36,465 bases of DNA from an uncultured Erysipelotrichaceae bacterium. Its GTDB lineage: Bacteria; Bacillota_I; Bacilli_A; RF39; UBA660. Where the stretch lies: assembly GCA_902784095.1 (NCBI GenBank), contig CACZTK010000008.1, positions 1-36,465 on the forward strand. The letters are read 5' to 3'. How positions within the stretch are numbered: the first letter of the stretch is position 1; each line of letters begins with the position of its first letter. The position numbers were made by a program, and so were the translations under genes. A model generated the notes under the pieces. That model was not told where the DNA came from, ran no database searches, and saw nothing but the letters and a program-made list of their open reading frames with translations. Shown here in pieces: positions 30,122-36,465 of the stretch.

Positions 30122-30610
30122 CTATCTCTCTACCTTATACCAAACATCTATTTCATCTTTACTTGGTTCTTCAAATAATGATATTACTTTATTTTTTAAC
30201 CCCTCATTAACATAAAAGTCACAACCACCTTGACCACTTTCCATTTTTTTATTTCGTTCATCTATATTCTTATTCCATGTATCATCATCTATATCAACGT
30301 AATGCCACTCAATATCAATACCCTTAGATTTAAAGTATTCTGTTTCTTTTTTTCTATTTTCTTTTGTCCAAAATCCCCAATCTAAAATAACATTGCAACC
30401 AGCTTTAACTATTTCTACTGCTTTTTTATTTAAATATTTATTAACTCTAACACAAAATTGATCATAAAATTCTCCTTGTTCATTATCAATTAAGTCATAA
30501 GTTACTTCATCAGTTGATAAAATAATAGCATTTTCTTTTTCTTTAATCATATTTGCATAATATGTCTTACCACTTGCTATCTTACCACATATTAGTATTA
30601 CTTTACTCAT
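30122..30610 (-). CDS. AAA_33-type predicted kinase
   Basis: ILICGKIASGKT, LSTDE, VILDWGFW...R, R N, FEEP..DE. Confidence 0.85.
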   Translation of the reverse strand: MSKVILICGKIASGKTYYANMIKEKENAIILSTDEVTYDLIDNEQGEFYDQFCVRVNKYLNKKAVEIVKAGCNVILDWGFWTKENRKKETEYFKSKGIDIEWHYVDIDDDTWNKNIDERNKKMESGQGGCDFYVNEGLKNKVISLFEEPSKDEIDVWYKVER

Positions 30611-30615
30611 CTAAA

Positions 30616-31110
30616 TCACAACCTTAAAATTCTTCTTAATACTTTTTTATCATACTTTTTCTCATCTTCATTATTTAAATCAACATCTGCTGTCCTATCT
30701 TTTCGATATTCAAAATAATAGCTTAGATTATGCATAAACCATTCTAATCTCATAGATTCAATACTTCTATCCCAATTAGATGGATAAGTCTCTTCATATT
30801 CGCATATGACTTCTAATATTTCATTTCTCTTTTCTTTATCATTAATCAGACATGAATTGTAAATAATCATATCAGGATCATTATCACTAAATCTTTGATC
30901 ACAAATTAATATATCATTATCTTGGCATTTAATATGTTCTAAAAAATTCTCATCACCAATATAAATTAAACCATCACTATATGTAGCAAATGCATCACTA
31001 TCCTTAGTTATCTCATAAGATGTCCTTTTATATTTATAATCTTTAGAATAATATCCTATCAAAATAATAAAGGCTGTAATAAAGAATAACTTTTTTTTAT
31101 ATTTTTCCAT
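30616..31110 (-). CDS. Hypothetical protein with an N-terminal membrane anchor
   Basis: Basic N-terminus plus hydrophobic stretch; C-terminal RS..SM..EW..HN..Y...RT.DVD motif. Confidence 0.75.
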   Translation of the reverse strand: MEKYKKKLFFITAFIILIGYYSKDYKYKRTSYEITKDSDAFATYSDGLIYIGDENFLEHIKCQDNDILICDQRFSDNDPDMIIYNSCLINDKEKRNEILEVICEYEETYPSNWDRSIESMRLEWFMHNLSYYFEYRKDRTADVDLNNEDEKKYDKKVLRRILRL

Positions 31111-31136
31111 ATTACATCACCTCTATTCATTACACA

Positions 31137-32183
31137 TTAACCATTTTTAGGACTTTTTTGTTTAACATTTTTATTACTTTTTATATTATCTATTTCTGTA
31201 ATAATATTATTAAGTAAAATATAATTTGTTGAAGAACTAAGTCGTTCTGGAGTTCTATTATTCAATCCTACTACTCTATCAAGTGCACTTTGGAAATCAT
31301 TATTATCTATCATATCATAAAATCTACCATCACTTATATGTTTTGCAGGAGGTATATTTTGACTTTTACGAATATAACTTAGTTTTTCTGCTAATTTAAC
31401 TATATATTCTTCAGTTCTTGTTAATACTCTTCTTTTTGCTTCTTCTTCGTATAAAAGTAATATTTCGTCTTCTTTATCACTTGCTGCGAGACTTTTTATG
31501 ATTCCAACTTGTTGTTTTCTCCTAGTTGTTACTTCTTCTGCCATTTTTATTAAAGTATGATCATATGCATAAGTACTAATACTTCTATCACTAATTTTTT
31601 TTGATTCACTTAATGCATTAGAATACTTTTGAATAAAAATGCTTTTTCTAACTGAATTTCTAACATCAATATTTTCAAATCTAGGATCAGAACCATTTAT
31701 AGTTAATTCATGCATTTTAAAATACTTAGCTGCTAATCTTAAATCATCAGGTAGTTCAGTTAACATGCTTAATAAAAATGTATAGCAGTTAGCATCTTTA
31801 AGTTCATCAAAATCAGCTACATCTCTTAATTTATACAAGATATCAATAGTTTTATTATACCTATTTTTTCTTCTATCACTCATAAACTGTTTTTCAAACA
31901 TTAAAGTTAAAACCTCAAAATCATCAGGACATAATTCATAGCACTTATTAATTGCCTTATTTGCAATTCCATATGAACGTTCTTCTATTTTTTCTTTGGC
32001 AAAATCTAATAAATCTCCCATATAACTAATAACATAATGATCATCTTCTACATAGATTCTATCATCATTAAGTAAAAATTCTATTTCTTCATCAGTAAAG
32101 CCATGCTCTTTCAATAACTTGTCTGTAATTATTTCATCATTACATGTCATATAATAAATTGAATTTAATTTTTTCTTTTCCAT
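31137..32183 (-). CDS. Hypothetical alpha-helical (TPR-like) protein
   Basis: About 348 aa; TPR-like segment YGIANKAINKCYELCPDD; start likely ATG 32183. Confidence 0.72.
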   Translation of the reverse strand: MEKKKLNSIYYMTCNDEIITDKLLKEHGFTDEEIEFLLNDDRIYVEDDHYVISYMGDLLDFAKEKIEERSYGIANKAINKCYELCPDDFEVLTLMFEKQFMSDRRKNRYNKTIDILYKLRDVADFDELKDANCYTFLLSMLTELPDDLRLAAKYFKMHELTINGSDPRFENIDVRNSVRKSIFIQKYSNALSESKKISDRSISTYAYDHTLIKMAEEVTTRRKQQVGIIKSLAASDKEDEILLLYEEEAKRRVLTRTEEYIVKLAEKLSYIRKSQNIPPAKHISDGRFYDMIDNNDFQSALDRVVGLNNRTPERLSSSTNYILLNNIITEIDNIKSNKNVKQKSPKNG

Positions 32184-32243
32184 ACAACCACCACCCATAA
32201 ACTATATATATTATAAAACAAAATAAAAAGAAAGTAAAACTTT

Positions 32244-33656
32244 CTATTTTATTTTTACTATTTTCATTAGATTAGTTGTATGACTTTCATACATATTCTC
32301 AGTAAAACCACCAGTTACAACTACTAAATCATTTTTTTGTAAATTAAATTTTTTCTTAGCTATTTCTATAGAATTATCTATCATATCATCTGTTGATTTA
32401 TAAAATTTAATTACTTCTGTTTCTACTCCATAATAAATACTAAGTTGTCTTGCTATTTTTTCTTCATTACAAGTTGCAAATATTATACAGTCTGGCTTCA
32501 TATTACTAAGTTTTCTTGCTGTATACCCAGAAAGTGTACCTGTAACAATGAGTTTTGCTTCTAATTCATTTGCAGAAGCAACTGCTGCGGTTGCTACTGT
32601 TTCAACTATATTATTCTTTCTATTAAATTCATAATTTCTATCATATGTAGAAACTTGTTCTGCTTTCATACAAATATCAGCCATAAATTTTACTGTTTCA
32701 ATTGGATATTTTCCTACAGTCGTTTCTCCTGATAACATAACAGCATCAGTACCATCAAAAGCTGCATTAGCAACATCACTAACTTCTGCTCGTGTTGGTC
32801 TTGGACTATTTTTCATAGATTCAAGCATTTCCGTTGCAACAATTACAAACTTAGAGTGAGCACGACAACGTCTAATAATATCTTTTTGATGATGTGGTAA
32901 ATCTTCTAATGATGCTTCTACCCCTAGATCTCCACGAGCAACCATAATACCATCACTTGCTTCAATTATCTCTTCAATATTATTAAGTGCAGCAACATTC
33001 TCAATTTTAGAAATAATTTTAATATCACTATTTTGTTCTTTTAATATCTCTCTTATTTGTTCAACATCTTCTTTGCATGAAACAAAACTTGCTGCTAAAA
33101 AGTCTCCATCCATTTCACATGCATAAATAATATCTTCTCTATCTTGTTTGCTAATAAATGGAACTTTTAAATGTACTCCAGGAACATTTAAACTTTTCTT
33201 ACTACCTAAAACACCACCATTTATTACTTTACATGTTACTCCATCTTCTTCTTTAGAAATTACTTCTATTTTCATTAATCCATTTTCAAGTAAAATATAG
33301 TTTCCTACCTTTAAAGATTCAACTACTTCAGGATGATTAACTGAAAATTTTTCACTATCACCTAGAACATGTTCTTTAACTATTCTTATAGTCTTACCTT
33401 CGACTAATGTAATACCATCACTAGATACTTCATCATTTCTAAATTCAGGTCCTTTAGTATCAAATAATAATCCAATATTCTTACCTGTTCTTTTTCTAAC
33501 TTCAATCAAGGAATTAATAATTGCGTTACTATTTTCTCTAGTAGAATGACTAAAATTAACTCTTGCAATATTCATTCCATTATTAACCATTTCTTCCATA
33601 ATATTAGGATCTATACTACTTGGTCCTATACTACATATTATTTTTGTCTTCTTCAT
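32244..33656 (-). CDS. pyk: Pyruvate kinase
   Basis: KTKIICSIGP, ARVNFSH, DTKGPE, IISKIEN, GIMVARGDLG, PTRAEVSDVANA..DG.DAVMLSGET. Confidence 0.98.
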   Translation of the reverse strand: MKKTKIICSIGPSSIDPNIMEEMVNNGMNIARVNFSHSTRENSNAIINSLIEVRKRTGKNIGLLFDTKGPEFRNDEVSSDGITLVEGKTIRIVKEHVLGDSEKFSVNHPEVVESLKVGNYILLENGLMKIEVISKEEDGVTCKVINGGVLGSKKSLNVPGVHLKVPFISKQDREDIIYACEMDGDFLAASFVSCKEDVEQIREILKEQNSDIKIISKIENVAALNNIEEIIEASDGIMVARGDLGVEASLEDLPHHQKDIIRRCRAHSKFVIVATEMLESMKNSPRPTRAEVSDVANAAFDGTDAVMLSGETTVGKYPIETVKFMADICMKAEQVSTYDRNYEFNRKNNIVETVATAAVASANELEAKLIVTGTLSGYTARKLSNMKPDCIIFATCNEEKIARQLSIYYGVETEVIKFYKSTDDMIDNSIEIAKKKFNLQKNDLVVVTGGFTENMYESHTTNLMKIVKIK

Positions 33657-33672
33657 TATAATCACCTTCTAT

Positions 33673-33714
33673 ATTTTACCAAAAAAAATAGATAATCACA
33701 ACTAAATTATCCAT
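33673..33714 (-). promoter_or_regulatory. lepB terminator overlapping the pyk promoter
   Basis: ATGGATAAT-loop-ATTATCTAT plus T-run; TTGTGA-17 bp-TAAAAT with extended TG. Confidence 0.6.
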
Positions 33715-34253
33715 TATTTTTTACTACCAAATCTATCAAATGGTAAAAGAGTAAATGTACTTTTACCTAAAATGTTTTTTCTCGGAACAAAACCAATTAT
33801 TCTACTATCTTTTGACACAGGCCTATTATCACCTAACACAAAATAATAATCTTTTGGAACTGTACTCTGCCCCAAGGATGTAATATTATAATTATCCATA
33901 TCTTCTCTAGTATAATTTTCTTCTACGTATTTACCATTTATATATAATTTATTATTTCTATATTCAACCTTATCTCCAGGTAATCCAATTACTCTTTTAA
34001 TTATATATTCTCCATCATAATCAACTACAACAATATCAAATCTTTTTATTTTTCCTACGCGATAACCTATTTTATTAAGCAACATATAATCTTTATCTTT
34101 AAGTGTAGGAACCATTGAAATTCCATTTACTCTTACAGGAGATACTACATAATGTTTAATAAGTAACACTACAATAATTAAAACAATATAACTTAATAAT
34201 TCTTGCCAAAATGGTTTTTCTTTCGCTTCTACTTTTTTAGTTTCTTTTTCCAC
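33714..34253 (-). CDS. lepB: Signal peptidase I
   Basis: TM helix, V.G.SM.PTL (Ser), IKRVIGLPGD (Lys), YFVLGDNR..S.DSR. Confidence 0.96.
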   Translation of the reverse strand: MEKETKKVEAKEKPFWQELLSYIVLIIVVLLIKHYVVSPVRVNGISMVPTLKDKDYMLLNKIGYRVGKIKRFDIVVVDYDGEYIIKRVIGLPGDKVEYRNNKLYINGKYVEENYTREDMDNYNITSLGQSTVPKDYYFVLGDNRPVSKDSRIIGFVPRKNILGKSTFTLLPFDRFGSKK

Positions 34254-34318
34254 ATTAACACCCTTTTCTATTTAATATTATATATTATATACAATTATTA
34301 TTCAACAAAAAAACTGCA

Positions 34319-34696
34319 TTAAGCAGCTTTCTTTTCTTCATCTTTCTTAGAAACTTTTTGGCCTCTTTCTTTAATCTTATATTGACCAACATAATCCTTC
34401 AAGAATGTTAATTTAGCACGTCTAACTTTACCTTTACGTACAACTACTAACTTATCAATTTTAGGTGAATTTACTGGGAATGTTCTTTCTACACCAACAC
34501 CAGAAGAAATTTTTCTAACTGTAAATGTTTCAGAAACGCTTCCACTTTTCTTACTTACAACTACACCTTCAAATGCTTGAATTCTTTCTCTTTTTCCTTC
34601 AATAATCTTATAGTCAACTCTAACTGTGTCTCCTACACGAAATTCAGGAATATCATTTCTAATTTGTTTTTCATTAATTTTGTCAATAATGTTCAT
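34319..34696 (-). CDS. rplS: 50S ribosomal protein L19
   Basis: [44 protein letters not shown]; start ATG 34696 after AAAGGAG. Confidence 0.98.
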   Translation of the reverse strand: MNIIDKINEKQIRNDIPEFRVGDTVRVDYKIIEGKRERIQAFEGVVVSKKSGSVSETFTVRKISSGVGVERTFPVNSPKIDKLVVVRKGKVRRAKLTFLKDYVGQYKIKERGQKVSKKDEEKKAA

Positions 34697-34702
34697 AAGA
34701 AT

Positions 34703-34765
34703 TCTCCTTTCCATATATATAACCAATGATCATAAAACAAGTTTTTCAGCGGATCACCTTCAACG
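34703..34765 (-). ncRNA. L19 leader-like cis-regulatory RNA
   Basis: Leader GGTGATC-CGCTG-...-TAT-GATCATT forms a stem with a CCGCUG core, between the promoter and the RBS; resembles the Firmicute L19_leader as recalled, not searched. Confidence 0.6.
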
Positions 34766-34771
34766 AATTAG

Positions 34772-34800
34772 ATTATACCACATATTATAAAACAATGCAA
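34772..34800 (-). promoter_or_regulatory. sigmaA promoter of rplS
   Basis: TTGCAT-17 bp-TATAAT with extended TG. Confidence 0.75.
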
Positions 34801-34858
34801 CTATTTATTAGAATTCACAAAAATAAAGAATGAATAATAATTCATCCTTTACAATAAT

Positions 34859-36465
34859 CTAATTTAGAAAGTCATCAATAGTCATTAATCTATCATCAAT
34901 TTCATCTAAGTTTATTTTTTCCTTTGCAGGTTTATCATCAATAACAACTTCTTTTGTAAATTCTTCTTTTCCAGATAATTCTTTTACAATAAAAGCATCA
35001 ATAATTTCTTTCTTAGAAATTCCACTACCTATTGAATATCTATCCATAATAGGAAGTTCTGTATCTTTTACAGTATTAATTTCTGGAGTTTTTATACCTA
35101 TATAATCTTTATGATTAACTATGAATGATTTTACTACTTTGTACGGATTAGTTTTAACTTCTCTTAAAAGAACTAATCCACGACGAGCACGAGTAGAAAT
35201 TGGGAATTCAGAAAGTCTTATACGTTTTGCAGTACCCTTATCCATAATTACAGAAATAAACTCATGTGAATTATAATCAAAGTTAGACATCGAAACAATA
35301 TAATCATCTCTTAACATCATAGCTTTAACACCACTTGCTTTAACTCCAACTACTGGAATATCATTTACAGAGAAACTTAATCCATAACCAGAGTCTGTAG
35401 TTAAGAAAATTGTTGGATTTTCTTCTAGAATGGCATCAATTACTTGATCATCACCTTTAAGTTTCATACAACTTGTTGGCTTAGAATATCTAGTTAATTT
35501 AAAGTCTCCCAACTTAGAACGCTTAATCATACCATTTTTAGTAGCAATAATAATATTTCTATCTAATTCAAAATCATATACTGGTATTGCAGATACAATG
35601 CTTTCTTCTGGTGATATTTCTATTAAATTAGATATATGTTTACCCATATCTTTCCATTTAATATCAAATATTGTATGTACTGGAACATATAAATAATTAC
35701 CATCAGTAGTAAATACAAGTAATGTATCTTGAGTATTCATTTCATATAAACCTATAATATAGTCATTTTCTTTCATAGTTAAATCTTCTAAATTACTTGC
35801 TTGATAACTTCTGGTACTTGTTCTTTTAATATAACCATCCTTAGTAACTAATACAACAACATCTTCTTTAGGAATCATTTCAGATGTATCTATTTTAATC
35901 TCAGTAATTTCTTCTTTGATATCAGTAATTCTATCTTCTGCATAATTCTTCTTAACATCTCTTAAATCTTTTTTCATAACTGATTTTAATACTTCTTCAT
36001 TACCAAGAATTTGTTTTAATCCTTCAATAATCTTTTTTAAGTTTTCCATTTCTTCTTGAAGTTCAACTACATCAGTATTAGTTAATCTATATAACTGTAA
36101 TGTAACAATAGCTTCAGCTTGTTCCATAGAAAATTCAAACTCTTTTACTAAGTTTTCTTTAGCATCTGCTTTATTCTTACTAGAACGAATTACTTTAATT
36201 ACTTCATCTAAGATAGAAATACATTTAATTAAACCTTCTACTATATGAAGACGTGCTTCTGCATGTTTAAGATCAAACTTAGTTCTTCTAGTTACAACTT
36301 CTCTTTGATGAGCAATAAAAGCATCCAATGCTTCTCTTAATCCTAAAAGTCTTGGTCTTTTATTTACAATTGATACCATATTAAAGTTATAACTTATTTG
36401 CATATAGGTATTCTTTAGTAAATAATTTAATATAAGATCAACATTAGCATTTTTCTTTAAATCAA
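34859..36465 (-). CDS. parC: DNA topoisomerase IV subunit A (5' part outside the window)
   Basis: The frame is open to the window edge (ILNYLLKNTYMQISYNFNMV); RLHIVEGL, QAEAIVTLQLYRLTNTD, C-terminal beta-pinwheel repeats; no GyrA box. Confidence 0.93.
   Translation of the reverse strand, partial: DLKKNANVDLILNYLLKNTYMQISYNFNMVSIVNKRPRLLGLREALDAFIAHQREVVTRRTKFDLKHAEARLHIVEGLIKCISILDEVIKVIRSSKNKADAKENLVKEFEFSMEQAEAIVTLQLYRLTNTDVVELQEEMENLKKIIEGLKQILGNEEVLKSVMKKDLRDVKKNYAEDRITDIKEEITEIKIDTSEMIPKEDVVVLVTKDGYIKRTSTRSYQASNLEDLTMKENDYIIGLYEMNTQDTLLVFTTDGNYLYVPVHTIFDIKWKDMGKHISNLIEISPEESIVSAIPVYDFELDRNIIIATKNGMIKRSKLGDFKLTRYSKPTSCMKLKGDDQVIDAILEENPTIFLTTDSGYGLSFSVNDIPVVGVKASGVKAMMLRDDYIVSMSNFDYNSHEFISVIMDKGTAKRIRLSEFPISTRARRGLVLLREVKTNPYKVVKSFIVNHKDYIGIKTPEINTVKDTELPIMDRYSIGSGISKKEIIDAFIVKELSGKEEFTKEVVIDDKPAKEKINLDEIDDRLMTIDDFLN

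Noticed and set aside
26945-32183. Prophage, integron or IS origin for the accessory cluster
   Set aside because: No integrase, transposase, phage structural gene, attC-like repeat or flanking direct repeat was seen.
34859-36465. gyrA assignment
   Set aside because: The GyrA box (QxRGGKG) is missing, and the motifs (LQLYRLTNTD, YIKRTS.RSY) fit Firmicute ParC.
1-36465. CRISPR array, tRNA or rRNA genes
   Set aside because: Intergenic gaps are short, and none shows spaced repeats or GC-rich structured RNA.

Overview
A very AT-rich, gene-dense chromosomal segment from a low-GC, spore-forming-type Firmicute. The compact genes, spoIIGA-sigE and fermentative enzymes are compatible with an uncultured gut Bacilli lineage such as RF39, but that placement is inference. 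All genes but one lie on the minus strand. Housekeeping genes include parC (5' truncated), rplS with an L19-leader-like RNA, lepB, pyk, mutS, nusB-xseA-xseB, a heterodimeric ABC exporter, YitT, rimM-trmD, phosphoketolase, spoIIGA-sigE, tdk and ppdK. Orphan or accessory genes are interspersed: an Inc-like double-hairpin/coiled-coil membrane protein, a transglutaminase/papain-like Cys-His-Asp protein, a DUF2441 ART-like protein, an HD hydrolase, ASCH, and a HAD phosphatase plus dNMP-kinase-like pair. Notable points are: a single in-frame TAA splitting an otherwise intact xseA; two unannotated micro-ORF units flanking an SDR gene; a shared basic C-terminal tail (KVKRK/VKxK) on several unrelated orphans, a candidate export signal; and promoters embedded in upstream terminators. 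No rRNA, tRNA, CRISPR array, transposase or integrase was recognised.
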